From assembly GCA_044375895.1 (NCBI GenBank), contig JBILLV010000012.1, positions 2,826 through 66,825 on the forward strand: a DNA stretch of 64,000 nucleotides. Direction: 5' to 3'. The first letter of the stretch is position 1; each line of letters begins with the position of its first letter. Positions 51,092-60,289 of the stretch are shown here, piece by piece. The position numbers and the translations under genes were made by a program. The stretch comes from Polyangiales bacterium (lineage in GTDB: Bacteria > Myxococcota_A > Polyangia > Polyangiales > Ga0077539). The notes beneath the pieces were generated by a model. The model had not been told where the DNA came from, made no database searches, and saw nothing but the letters and a program-made list of their open reading frames with translations.

Positions 51092-51931
51092 TCAACTATT
51101 CGACGCGGAACGTCTCCGGCGCCACGCCGCCAGCGCCGCGACGACGCCTCCGAAGAGGGCGATCCCGACGCCGCCACGGCCGCCCGGCGACGCGCTGCAG
51201 CCGCCGCCTTCGAGCGACTCCATGCGCACCTCTGGGTCGCAGCGGATGGCGCGCGACGAGGGGTAGATGGCGCAGAGCCCGGCGATGTCGTCGGCGTTGG
51301 GCGTCCGCCGCCGCTCCCCCTGCCCCGCCGTGAACCACATCACCGCGTTGCGGTCGGCCGGGTGCGCGAGGCCCTGCGTGTGGCCGAGCTCGTGAACGAC
51401 GACGGTGCGCAGGTCGGTGGTGCCGGGGCCGCCGTCGAGGCTGAAGGGGAAGAGGGCGCGGACGTTGAGCTCGGTGTCGGCGTCGAGGATGGTCGCGCTG
51501 CGCGAGCCGAAGGTGACCACCGTGATCGCGGCGGCGCGGGGGTCGTGGTACGCGTCGTCACCCCAGGTGGCGCGCCACGTGACGACGTTGCTGTTGGGGC
51601 GGCCTTCCTCGTAGCCGACGGGGTCCGTGCGGTCGGCACCCACGACGAGTTCGAAGGTGGGGGCGGCGCGGGTGACGGGGTCGCAAGCGACGGTCTTCCA
51701 GGCGCGGGCGGCCTCGTCGACCACCAGGCGGAGCTGATCGCGCGGGATGTTGGGCGCCGTCACGGTCGGGTTGACGTGGAGGCTCGCACAGCCACCCGAC
51801 CAGAAGAGCGGCGCCCCCTCCGTCGCGCAGACGGTCGCTTCGGGCTGTGCCACCGTGCGGGTGCGACAGTAAGCGTTCGCCGCCGCGGGAGCGAGGAGGG
51901 CGGCGACCAGCGCGATCGCGGCGCGCGTCAT
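51092..51931 (-). CDS. matrixin-like (M10) zinc metalloprotease with MYXO-CTERM tag
   Basis: Signal MTRAAIALVAALLAPAAANA. HELGHTQGLAH (HExxHxxGxxH) followed by a Met-turn candidate (AVMW). C-terminal GGGCSASPGGRGGVGIALFGGVVAALAAWRRRR. Confidence 0.82.
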   Translation of the reverse strand: MTRAAIALVAALLAPAAANAYCRTRTVAQPEATVCATEGAPLFWSGGCASLHVNPTVTAPNIPRDQLRLVVDEAARAWKTVACDPVTRAAPTFELVVGADRTDPVGYEEGRPNSNVVTWRATWGDDAYHDPRAAAITVVTFGSRSATILDADTELNVRALFPFSLDGGPGTTDLRTVVVHELGHTQGLAHPADRNAVMWFTAGQGERRRTPNADDIAGLCAIYPSSRAIRCDPEVRMESLEGGGCSASPGGRGGVGIALFGGVVAALAAWRRRRSASNS

Positions 51932-52491
51932 CGGATCACCTCGCGAACTCGGGCGATGAAGGTGTCGAGGGGAAGGCCACGTTCGGGAACCACCACCCGG
52001 ACCGGCGCGACCGGGGCGGGCCCCGGGAGGAAGGTGATCCCGTCGGTGCGGGCCGGGAGCACCTGGACGACCCCATCGACCACCGCGACGGGGAGGAGCC
52101 CGGCGGCCATGGAGACCACCGCGCGGCCCCCCTCGCGAGCACGGGTCAAGAAGGCCACGACCGGCACCCCGGCGCGGAGTTCGGGCGCACCGGCGACCGA
52201 TTGACCGATGTCCCCCACCGTGCCGCCCGGCAGACGGATGAGAACGGAGGGGGCGGCGCTACCCTTGACGGTCGCGGTGATGGCGCAGAAAACGTCGGTG
52301 TAGATGCGCCCGTCGCGCCAGTACGAACGGCGGTTGGCCGTGGGGGTGACGACCGCGACGAGGTCAGCTTCATGAGAGAGTTCGTCGAGGGTCGCGGCCT
52401 GGAGCACCGTGGCGCTGGCGACCTGAGGGAATGACACGACCCCGCTGGTGGCGAGGGCGGCGAGGAGGGTGAGGACAGCCCGTGTCGTCAT
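51928..52491 (-). CDS. hypothetical secreted protein (187 aa), translationally coupled to the metalloprotease
   Basis: ATG at 52491 (MTTRAVLTLLAALATSG signal). The stop overlaps the protease start (ATGA 51928-51931). No family recognised. Confidence 0.55.
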   Translation of the reverse strand: MTTRAVLTLLAALATSGVVSFPQVASATVLQAATLDELSHEADLVAVVTPTANRRSYWRDGRIYTDVFCAITATVKGSAAPSVLIRLPGGTVGDIGQSVAGAPELRAGVPVVAFLTRAREGGRAVVSMAAGLLPVAVVDGVVQVLPARTDGITFLPGPAPVAPVRVVVPERGLPLDTFIARVREVIR

Positions 52492-52556
52492 CAACCGACT
52501 CCTACCATAGAAAGGCCGTTGACACTGAGCGTCGGTGCGTCTACCCAAACGATCCC

Positions 52557-53576
52557 ATGCGGAGCAGGACGATGAAGGGGTTCCTGGTGGCAGGGCTGAT
52601 GCTCGCCCAGGTGGGATGTTTGTCGCGGCTGGCGGCGAATTCCACGGTTCGAATCATGCGCCAGGCGGCGCCGGCGGTGAATTCGTTCGCCGATCCGTAC
52701 CTCGCGGAGAGTGCGATCCCGTACTCCATCGCGCAGAGCGAGGGCCTGATGCTCGTTCTGCCGGAGAACGTCGATCTGCGCGTCAACCTGATGCGCACGT
52801 ACGGGTCGTACGGCTTCGCCTTCCTCGAAGACCGGCTGGAGCAGGCGGAGGTCGACGACGACGAGGCCCGCGCGAACCACTTCCGCACGCGGGCGACGCT
52901 CGCCTTCCAGCGGGCGCGGGAGATCGGCCTCCAGACGATGACCATCGAGGAGGACGCCGACGGCGGCGCCGAGGCCGCGGTGCGTCGCGGGATCGATGCG
53001 TGGAAGGCCTACCTGCGCCGCTTCGACGACGACGAGCAGACGGCGCTGGTGTTCTGGACGGGCTACGCCTGGGCCCGGTACATCAACCTCACGAAGGACA
53101 ACCCCGACTCACTGGCCGACCTGCCCTTCGCGATCGCGTGCTTCGAGCGGGCCTTCGAGCTCGACCACACCTTCAACAACTACGCCCCGCACGTGGCGAT
53201 GGCGGGCTACTACGCCCGCGCGTCGGCGGCCCTCGGCGGCCAGCCCGACGACTCGCGGCGCGAGTTCGAGGCGGCCATCAGCGCCACCAACCGCCGCTTT
53301 CTCACGTACCTCGTGATGTACGCCCGCTTCTACGCGGTGATGGTGCAAGACCGGGCGCTCTTCCGCCGCCTCCTCGAAGAGGTGATCAACGCGGCCGACG
53401 TGATGCCCGAGCAGCGCCTCGCCAACCAGATCGCCAAGCGCCGCGCGGCCCGCTACCTCGCGCAGATCGACGACCTCTTCGGCCCCGAGGAGCCCGCGGG
53501 CTCCGCCGATGCGCCGGCCGCCGCGGAGGGCAGCGAGCCCGCCGCCGAGCCCGCCCCCGCTCCCGCCGCCCCGTGA
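52557..53576 (+). CDS. TatT-like TPR lipoprotein (TRAP-T accessory component family)
   Basis: ATG at 52557. Lipobox LMLAQVGC. LAESAIPYSIAQSEGLM, ALVFWTGYAWARYINL, NYAPHVAMAGYYA and RFLTYLVMYARFYAV resemble the TatT family. Confidence 0.65.
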   Translation: MRSRTMKGFLVAGLMLAQVGCLSRLAANSTVRIMRQAAPAVNSFADPYLAESAIPYSIAQSEGLMLVLPENVDLRVNLMRTYGSYGFAFLEDRLEQAEVDDDEARANHFRTRATLAFQRAREIGLQTMTIEEDADGGAEAAVRRGIDAWKAYLRRFDDDEQTALVFWTGYAWARYINLTKDNPDSLADLPFAIACFERAFELDHTFNNYAPHVAMAGYYARASAALGGQPDDSRREFEAAISATNRRFLTYLVMYARFYAVMVQDRALFRRLLEEVINAADVMPEQRLANQIAKRRAARYLAQIDDLFGPEEPAGSADAPAAAEGSEPAAEPAPAPAAP

Positions 53577-53610
53577 GTCCATCGCCCCTTCGGAAGGAAG
53601 ATCCCACCCC

Positions 53611-54630
53611 ATGAAGCGCAACCGCCTCGCCGTCCTCGCCCTCGTCTCTGCGCTCCCTGCGGCGATGCTCGCCGCGAGCGGCGCGGAGGCCCAGCAGGCG
53701 CCCGCCCCCGCCGCCACGACGCGTCAGCTCTCGGTGGCCACGCTCGCCCCCGCCGGCTCCACCTGGATGCGCGTGCTGGAGTCGTGGAACCGCGAGCTCC
53801 GCCGCCGCACCAACAAGTCCCTCGGCCTCCGGATCTTCCCGGGCGGCGTGCAGGGCGACGAGACCGAGGTCGTGCGCAAGATGCGCTCGGGTCGCCTCGA
53901 CGGCGGCTCGATGACCGCGGTCGGCCTGTCGAAGATCCACCGTCCGGCGCTGGTGTTCCAGATGCCGGGGATGTTCTCGACGGTGGCGCAGCTCGACCGG
54001 GCGCGCACCGCGACCGCGACCGAGATCACGACGGGCTTCAACACTGCGGGCTTCCAGTTCATGGGCTGGGCCGACGTGGGCTGGAGCCGCCTGTTCTCGC
54101 GCACCCCGGTCACCACGCCGGGGCAGCTTCGCTCGCTGCACCCCTACGTGTGGCGCGACGACCTGGTGATGCCCGCGGTGTTCGCCGAGTCGCAGGCCTC
54201 GGCCGTCCCGCTGCAGATCCCCGAGGTGCTGACGGCGCTCCAGACCAACCGGGTCGACTCGTTCTTCACCTCACCGGTGGCGGCGATCTCGCTCCAGTGG
54301 TCGCAGCGGGTCACCCACATGACCGACCTCTCGGTGGCGGTCCTGGTGGGGGCGACGGTGTTCTCCAACACCGCGGTCAACGGGCTCCCCGCCGACCAGC
54401 AGACGGCGCTGCGGGAGACGGCGACGCAGTTCCACTCGCTCCTCATCAGCAACCTCCGGCGCGACGAGCGGGCGGCGGTCACCTCGATGGGCACGCGCAA
54501 CATCACGGTGGTTCAGCCCGCCGAGCGCGCCGCGTGGGACTCGCTCCTCGACCGCGCCCGCGCCCGCCTCGTGGGCAACATCGCCCCGGCGGAGTTCGTC
54601 AACCGCGTCCGCGCCGCGCGCGGCGGCTGA
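53611..54630 (+). CDS. TRAP transporter substrate-binding protein (DctP family)
   Basis: ATG at 53611 after ggaaggaag. Signal MKRNRLAVLALVSALPAAMLAASGAEA. FPGGVQGDETEVVRKMRSGRLDGG is a typical DctP-family string. Confidence 0.78.
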   Translation: MKRNRLAVLALVSALPAAMLAASGAEAQQAPAPAATTRQLSVATLAPAGSTWMRVLESWNRELRRRTNKSLGLRIFPGGVQGDETEVVRKMRSGRLDGGSMTAVGLSKIHRPALVFQMPGMFSTVAQLDRARTATATEITTGFNTAGFQFMGWADVGWSRLFSRTPVTTPGQLRSLHPYVWRDDLVMPAVFAESQASAVPLQIPEVLTALQTNRVDSFFTSPVAAISLQWSQRVTHMTDLSVAVLVGATVFSNTAVNGLPADQQTALRETATQFHSLLISNLRRDERAAVTSMGTRNITVVQPAERAAWDSLLDRARARLVGNIAPAEFVNRVRAARGG

Positions 54631-54771
54631 AATCCGCTCCCCGCCTCCGCCCCGCCGCTCCCTCGCATTCCGCTTCCCGCTCCGTCGCGACTCTGCGATA
54701 GAATCTCCGCCACGCAGGCGCCCTCCGCGGGGGGACACCGCCGCGATACCCCCTCTTTCGAAGCACGATCC

Positions 54772-55380
54772 ATGAACGAGAACGAGACCCCGGACCCGAC
54801 CCCCGAGACCGCACCCGCCGCAGCGACCCCGGAGCCCGCGCCCGCGCCGTCGGCCGCCCCGCCGCCGGAGCCTGCGCCCGACCTCACGGCCGCCCTCATC
54901 GCCGAGCGCGACAAGATGAAGGAGCAGGCGCTGCGCACGCTCGCCGACTTCGACAACTACCGCAAGCGGACGCAGCGCGAGAAGCAGGACGAGTACCGCC
55001 GCGGCAAGGAAGACGTGCTGCGCGACCTGCTGCCGGTGTTCGACAACCTGGAGCGGGCGGCGAGCTCGGCGCGCCCCGACGCGGACGTCGCCGCCATCGC
55101 GACGGGCATCAAGATGGTGCTGAAGCTCTTCGAAGACACGCTCACCCGCGTCGGCGGCAAGCGCATCGTCGCGGTGGGCACGCCCTTCGACCCCAACGTG
55201 CATGAGGCCATCGCGCAGGTGGAGAGCGCCGATCACGCGGCGGGCACCATCGCGCAGGAGTTTGTCCCGGGTTATCAGCTCGGCGAGCGGCTGCTTCGAC
55301 CCGCGATGGTGGCCGTCTCCAAGGGAGCTCCTGCCCCGGCCCCCGAGGCGCCCGCGGCGCCCGAGGGCGACGCGAACTGA
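54772..55380 (+). CDS. grpE: nucleotide exchange factor GrpE
   Basis: LRTLADFDNYRKRTQRE, LLPVFDNLERA, FDPNVHEAI, GYQLGERLLRPAMV. Confidence 0.93.
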   Translation: MNENETPDPTPETAPAAATPEPAPAPSAAPPPEPAPDLTAALIAERDKMKEQALRTLADFDNYRKRTQREKQDEYRRGKEDVLRDLLPVFDNLERAASSARPDADVAAIATGIKMVLKLFEDTLTRVGGKRIVAVGTPFDPNVHEAIAQVESADHAAGTIAQEFVPGYQLGERLLRPAMVAVSKGAPAPAPEAPAAPEGDAN

Positions 55381-55434
55381 CCCGGACGCCCCGTCGGCCC
55401 CATCGCACCACACCACCGCTGCACAGAGCTTCAC

Positions 55435-57276
55435 ATGGCCAAGATCATCGGCATTGACCTCGGGACCACCAACAGCTGCGTCGCCATCATCGAGGGCGGC
55501 GCCCCGGTGGTGATCCCCAACAAGGAGGGCGCTCGCACGACGCCGTCCATCGTGGGATTCCAGGCCTCCGGCGAGCGGCTGGTGGGCCAGGTGGCGAAGC
55601 GTCAGGCGGTGCAGAACCCCGAGAGCACGGTCGTCTCGGTGAAGCGCATCATGGGCCGCTCGTTCGCCTCGGAGGAGGCGCGCAAGCAGTTGCAGCGCGT
55701 GGCCTACCGCATCGTGCCGAGCGAGAACGGTGACGCCTGGGTCGAGGTGGGCCAGCGGCAGCTCTCGCCGCCGGAGGTGTCCGCGGCGGTGCTGGCGGAG
55801 ATGAAAGCCATCGCCGAGGCCTACCTCCACGAGGAGGTGCTGGAGGCGGTGATCACCGTCCCGGCGTACTTCGACGACGCCCAGCGGCAGGCCACCAAAG
55901 ACGCGGGGCGCATCGCGGGCCTGGAGGTGCGGCGCATCATCAACGAGCCCACCGCGGCCGCCCTCGCGTACGGCCTCGATCGCACGGAGGCCGAGCGCAT
56001 CGCGGTGTACGACCTCGGCGGCGGCACCTTCGATATTTCGATCCTGGAGATCAACCGCGGCGTGTTCCGGGTGGTGAGCACCAACGGCGACACCTTCCTC
56101 GGCGGCGACGACTTCGACCAGCGGATCATCGACCTGCTCGTCCACGAGTTTCACCAGCAGCACGGCATCGACCTGCGGCAGAATCGGCTCGCGCTCCAGC
56201 GCCTTCGCGAGGCGGCGGAGAAGGCCAAGCACGAGCTCTCGTCGTCGCTGGAGACGGAGCTCAACCTCCCCTTCATCGCGACGACGCCGGCGGGTCCGGC
56301 CCATGTGCAGCGGGTGCTGAAGCGGGCCGAGCTCGAGCGCCTCGTGGACGACCTCGTCGAGTCGACGCTGGAGCCGTGCCGCAAGGCGCTCGCCGACGCG
56401 GGCCTCACCGTCAACGACGTGCAGCAGGTGGTGCTCGTCGGCGGCATGACGCGCATGCCGATGGTGCAGCGGGTGGTGACGGAGTTCTTCGGGCGGCCGC
56501 CGCACAAGGGGCTCTCGCCCGACGAGGTGGTCGCCATCGGCGCCGGCGTGCAGGGCGCGGCCATCGCGGGCGACGTGCAGAACGTCCTCCTCCTCGACGT
56601 GACGCCGCTCTCGCTCGGCGTGGAGACGGCGGGCGGCGTGATGACGGCGCTCATCCCGCGCAACACCACCATCCCGACGCAGCGGAGCGAGGAGTTCTCC
56701 ACCTCGCTCGACAACCAGACCTTCGTGCCGATCCATGTGCTCCAGGGCGAGCGCGAGATGGCCGGCGACAACCGCTCGCTCTACCACTTCGAACTCACGG
56801 GCATCCCCTCGGCGCCGCGCGGCGTGCCGAAGATCAAGGTGACCTTCGCCATCGACGCCAACGGCATCTTGTCGGTCAACGCGATGGACATGGCGACGAA
56901 GAAGTCGCGCGACGTGCGCATCGTCGCGGGCTCGGGGCTCTCGCAGGAGGACGTCGATCGTCTCGTCACGGAGGCCGCGACGTCGAAGCAGGACGACCTC
57001 CGCCGCCGCGAGTACGCCGAGCTCCGCTCCAACGCCGAGGCGATGCTCTTCACGTCGCAGAACACCATCACGGAGTTCGGCGAGGTGATCACGCCGGAGC
57101 TGCGCGATCAGCTCGCGGCAGACGTCACCAACCTGCGGAGCGCGCTCGACACGGGCGCCGACTTCCAGACCGTGCGCGACCTCTTCGCGGCGCTGGAGGC
57201 GAGCGCGTACCGCATCGCCGAGACGATGTACGGCGGCGACGCTGGCGGAGAGCCGCCCCCGCCCGCGGCGAGCTGA
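55435..57276 (+). CDS. dnaK: molecular chaperone DnaK (Hsp70)
   Basis: [57 protein letters not shown], and the rest of the canonical Hsp70 sequence. Confidence 0.98.
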   Translation: MAKIIGIDLGTTNSCVAIIEGGAPVVIPNKEGARTTPSIVGFQASGERLVGQVAKRQAVQNPESTVVSVKRIMGRSFASEEARKQLQRVAYRIVPSENGDAWVEVGQRQLSPPEVSAAVLAEMKAIAEAYLHEEVLEAVITVPAYFDDAQRQATKDAGRIAGLEVRRIINEPTAAALAYGLDRTEAERIAVYDLGGGTFDISILEINRGVFRVVSTNGDTFLGGDDFDQRIIDLLVHEFHQQHGIDLRQNRLALQRLREAAEKAKHELSSSLETELNLPFIATTPAGPAHVQRVLKRAELERLVDDLVESTLEPCRKALADAGLTVNDVQQVVLVGGMTRMPMVQRVVTEFFGRPPHKGLSPDEVVAIGAGVQGAAIAGDVQNVLLLDVTPLSLGVETAGGVMTALIPRNTTIPTQRSEEFSTSLDNQTFVPIHVLQGEREMAGDNRSLYHFELTGIPSAPRGVPKIKVTFAIDANGILSVNAMDMATKKSRDVRIVAGSGLSQEDVDRLVTEAATSKQDDLRRREYAELRSNAEAMLFTSQNTITEFGEVITPELRDQLAADVTNLRSALDTGADFQTVRDLFAALEASAYRIAETMYGGDAGGEPPPPAAS

Positions 57277-57279
57277 GCG

Positions 57280-57993
57280 TCACCGCTCCGTCAGCCACCG
57301 CCTCGCCGCCTCCCGCGTCCACGGCCGCGCGTTGAACACGTAGCGCCGCCGCACCCCCCGCAGCGCCACCGTCCCCTCGCCCGCCGCCCACCCCACGCTC
57401 CCGCGGCACACCGCCGCCGGAAACCTCCCCTCGCGACGCAGCGTGGCCAGCACCTCGGCCCCGCCGCGCCCCATCGTGAACGCCATCGGAACCACCTCGT
57501 CGACGGGCTCTCCATCGAGCCACGGATCGCCGACGCACCACGACGCCAGGGCCGTCACCGAGAGCCACGTACCCGCGCCGAGCGCCCGCCGCGCCTCCGC
57601 CAGCAGCGCCCGATGCGCCGCCCGCTGCGACGAGGGGACGTCGAAGTCCACCTGGACGCCTCGCACGCCCGGCTCGCGGGCCGCCTGCACCAGCAGCGCG
57701 ACGACGCGGGCGCGCGCGCCCTCGCTGAACACCGTCGTCCGTGGCCGCAGCTCGACGCGGACGACGGCCATCTGCCACGCCCCGGTGGTGACGTGGAGGG
57801 GTTGCCGCCGCGGCGCCACGCGCACCCCACCGGGCGTGACTTCGACGGTCGCCCGGTGGTAGGCGACGCCGACGTCGCGCGGGAGGAAGCGGAGGTCTTC
57901 GGGACGTTCCCAGGCCCAGAGGACGAGGGAGGGAGGGTCGGCGTGGGCGGCGCGGGCCGTGAGGGTGAGGGCCGCGGCGAGGATCGTTCGCAT
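57280..57993 (-). CDS. hypothetical secreted protein (possible GH-like TIM-barrel / DUF3142-like; family uncertain)
   Basis: Signal MRTILAAALTLTARAAHA. LVLWAWERPEDLRFL, VRGVQVDFDVPSSQR, LSVTALASW. The stop is 3 nt from the dnaK stop (convergent). Confidence 0.6.
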   Translation of the reverse strand: MRTILAAALTLTARAAHADPPSLVLWAWERPEDLRFLPRDVGVAYHRATVEVTPGGVRVAPRRQPLHVTTGAWQMAVVRVELRPRTTVFSEGARARVVALLVQAAREPGVRGVQVDFDVPSSQRAAHRALLAEARRALGAGTWLSVTALASWCVGDPWLDGEPVDEVVPMAFTMGRGGAEVLATLRREGRFPAAVCRGSVGWAAGEGTVALRGVRRRYVFNARPWTREAARRWLTER

Positions 57994-60188
57994 CAGTACC
58001 AGTAGCGGGTGGCGGTGGCCTCGGGCGACCGGGGATAGAGCCGATGGAGCGCCTGGAAGGCCGCCCGTGACCCGAGGCGCACGGGGGCGCGGACGTCGGG
58101 GCAGCCGTGGTTGCGCGTCCCCCGCACGGCCGCCGCGAGCAGCGAGGGCATGCGCGGCTCACGCGGCAGCAACGGCGCGAGGCGGGCGGACTCGCGGGCC
58201 AGCAGCGCTTCGAGGCCACCGAAGGATGCGGCGCGGGCGCGCTCTCGCGTCCACGCGGCGCGCTCGGGGGCCGTGAGAAAGCGCGCCGGGGTGACGGCCG
58301 GAAGCGGTGCGTTGCAGTGGATGAGCCACGGGTCGGAGGCGATGGCGTCGCCCTGATACGACGAGCCGAGCGTGGGGGTGGCGCCGTCGATGCCCAGCGC
58401 GAGGAGGGCGGCGTAGCGTCGGGCGTTGCCCGCGGGCGCGTGGACGACAGGCGTGAGGCGACGGGCGACGTCATCGGGCAAGCGCGGGACGATGGCGCCG
58501 ATCGCCTGCACGATGGCGTCGTCGCCGAGCAGCGCCGCGCGCATCAGCGTCGCTTCCGCCACACGCGCACGGAGCGGCAGCGGGAGCGTCGACGAAGCGG
58601 CGGCGCGCGCGAGCACCGAGAGCGGCACCTGGCCCGCGAGCATGGCCGCCGCCGCGGGGGTGAGGTCGTCGGTCGGGGCGGAGTCGTTGAGGGCGATCGG
58701 GCGCGCGCTGCCGTCTTCGAGGACCCACGCCGCGGGGGCTCCGTGGGCCTCGGCGAGGAAGTGTTCGAGGTCGGGCGCGGCGGCGAGGGCGAGGTCGCGG
58801 AAGAGGTGACGGGCGGAGGGGCCGTCGGCGGCGGTGAGGCGCGCGCGGACGCGGGTCACCTCGGCGAAATCGAGCGCTCCCCGCGCGGCGAGGATACGCA
58901 GGCGGTGGTAGTGCGCCGTCGCCCACGCGGGGTGTTCGCGCGGAACCTCCGCGGCGCGCGCGAGGGCGGGGTCGAGCGCACGGTCGTTCGGGTCGCCGTC
59001 GCCCACGAGGGCAGCGACCGCCCACGCGGTGTCGCGCGTCTGACGAAAGAGCCCGAGGGCGACGTCGCGCGGGAGGGAGCCTTCGACGACGGCGATCCAG
59101 GTGGTGAGGCGATCGGGGTCGCCGGGCTGGCGCGCGAAGACGTCCCGCACGGTGGCGAGGAGCGCGGTGTAGTCGCGCAGGGACTCGCCGAAGTCCATCC
59201 CGAGCCCGGGCCGCGCGAGGGCGACGCCGAGCGCGTGCGCGCGGTCGGTGCCGCCGCGGAGCGCGTCGATCCAGCCCTCGTAGCGCCGGGCCATCGCGCG
59301 CGCCGACCCCGCCGCGGCGTCATCGCGGAGCTCGCGGGCTTCACGCGACGCGCGGTTGAGGCTCACCAGGTCGGGCGTCGTGCGGCCTCGCTGCGCGGCG
59401 CGGGTGATCGCGCGCACCACCAGGTAGCGCGCCACCTCGCGCCACGGCGACGCGCTGTCGGCGGCGATGGCGCGGAACCGTCGCTCGGCCTCGTCGTAGC
59501 GACCGGCGTAGAAGTGCGCGGCGGCGATCTGGTACGCGCGGTCGCGGCGCTGCTCGATGGGGGCGTCGGGGGCGAGCTCGGTGGGCATCCGTCCCGGCGT
59601 CTCGCCGCAGTTGGAGAAGACGGCGTCCTGCGCGTCGATCCAGAGGAAGAGCGGCCCCGTGCCCGCGCCGTAGCGCTCGGTGCGGACGCGGAGGGCCGCC
59701 GCCGCGCTGCGGAAGGCGTCGACGAGGCAGTTGTTCACCCACAGGCCGTTCTGCGACCAGCCGTTGGTCGGCACCCCCGGCCAGGCGCCAGCCCCCGCGT
59801 CGCTGCGGGCTTCGGCGTAGGCGGAGACGTCGGGCTCGTACGAGCCTTCGTCCTGCGCGGGGCGCGGCGGCGCGGCGGGGTCGATGAGGGACGGCTCGAG
59901 GAGGCGGTGGCTCGCGACGGCGTAGCCCAGATAGCCAGCGCGTTCCTGCGCGTCGAGGGGGGCTCCCGTGAAGGCGCGGTAGGCGGCGACGAGCGTGCCG
60001 CGGCGCCAGCCCCACGTCCGAAGCAACACGCCGACGTTGCCCTCGGCGATGCGCGTCAGCGGCAGGTCGGGGTGGCTCGGCGTGATGTCCATCGCGACAT
60101 CGCCGACACCACCGCCGCAAGGAAGCGCGTCCGCACCACCGACGAGCACCGTCAGACCGACCCACAGGCACAGCTTCGTGCGCGACAT
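57993..60188 (-). CDS. hypothetical large secreted protein (731 aa)
   Basis: ATG at 60188 (MSRTKLCLWVGLTVLVGGADA). Coding-like composition. One TPR-like stretch (AAAHFYAGRYDEAERRFRAIA). Ends ...ATATRYWY. The stop overlaps the next start by 1 nt (TGATG). Confidence 0.6.
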   Translation of the reverse strand: MSRTKLCLWVGLTVLVGGADALPCGGGVGDVAMDITPSHPDLPLTRIAEGNVGVLLRTWGWRRGTLVAAYRAFTGAPLDAQERAGYLGYAVASHRLLEPSLIDPAAPPRPAQDEGSYEPDVSAYAEARSDAGAGAWPGVPTNGWSQNGLWVNNCLVDAFRSAAAALRVRTERYGAGTGPLFLWIDAQDAVFSNCGETPGRMPTELAPDAPIEQRRDRAYQIAAAHFYAGRYDEAERRFRAIAADSASPWREVARYLVVRAITRAAQRGRTTPDLVSLNRASREARELRDDAAAGSARAMARRYEGWIDALRGGTDRAHALGVALARPGLGMDFGESLRDYTALLATVRDVFARQPGDPDRLTTWIAVVEGSLPRDVALGLFRQTRDTAWAVAALVGDGDPNDRALDPALARAAEVPREHPAWATAHYHRLRILAARGALDFAEVTRVRARLTAADGPSARHLFRDLALAAAPDLEHFLAEAHGAPAAWVLEDGSARPIALNDSAPTDDLTPAAAAMLAGQVPLSVLARAAASSTLPLPLRARVAEATLMRAALLGDDAIVQAIGAIVPRLPDDVARRLTPVVHAPAGNARRYAALLALGIDGATPTLGSSYQGDAIASDPWLIHCNAPLPAVTPARFLTAPERAAWTRERARAASFGGLEALLARESARLAPLLPREPRMPSLLAAAVRGTRNHGCPDVRAPVRLGSRAAFQALHRLYPRSPEATATRYWY

Positions 60189-60289
60189 GGCGCGACCTAT
60201 GGCAGCGACGGCCCCTCCGCGCAACCCGACGGCTCGCGCGGGAGGTTTTGTCCTCGACATTCCGACCCGTTGGCGGCGCAATCCCGCGC

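Noticed and set aside
54631-54771. I looked for a CIRCE (TTAGCACTC-N9-GAGTGCTAA) or clear sigma-32 promoter upstream of grpE-dnaK.
   Set aside because: No CIRCE-like inverted repeat is present. Only a -10-like TAGAAT (54699-54704) occurs, without a convincing -35, so no regulatory call was made.
54271-56787. An 838-aa minus-strand ORF.
   Set aside because: It is antisense to the 3' end of the DctP gene, grpE and dnaK, all of which are canonical sequences. It is a shadow ORF.
57275-57288. A GAGCG-tcac-CGCTC mini-hairpin at the dnaK stop as a bidirectional terminator.
   Set aside because: It has a 5-bp stem and no U-tract, and it lies inside the coding end of the convergent gene. It is too weak to call.
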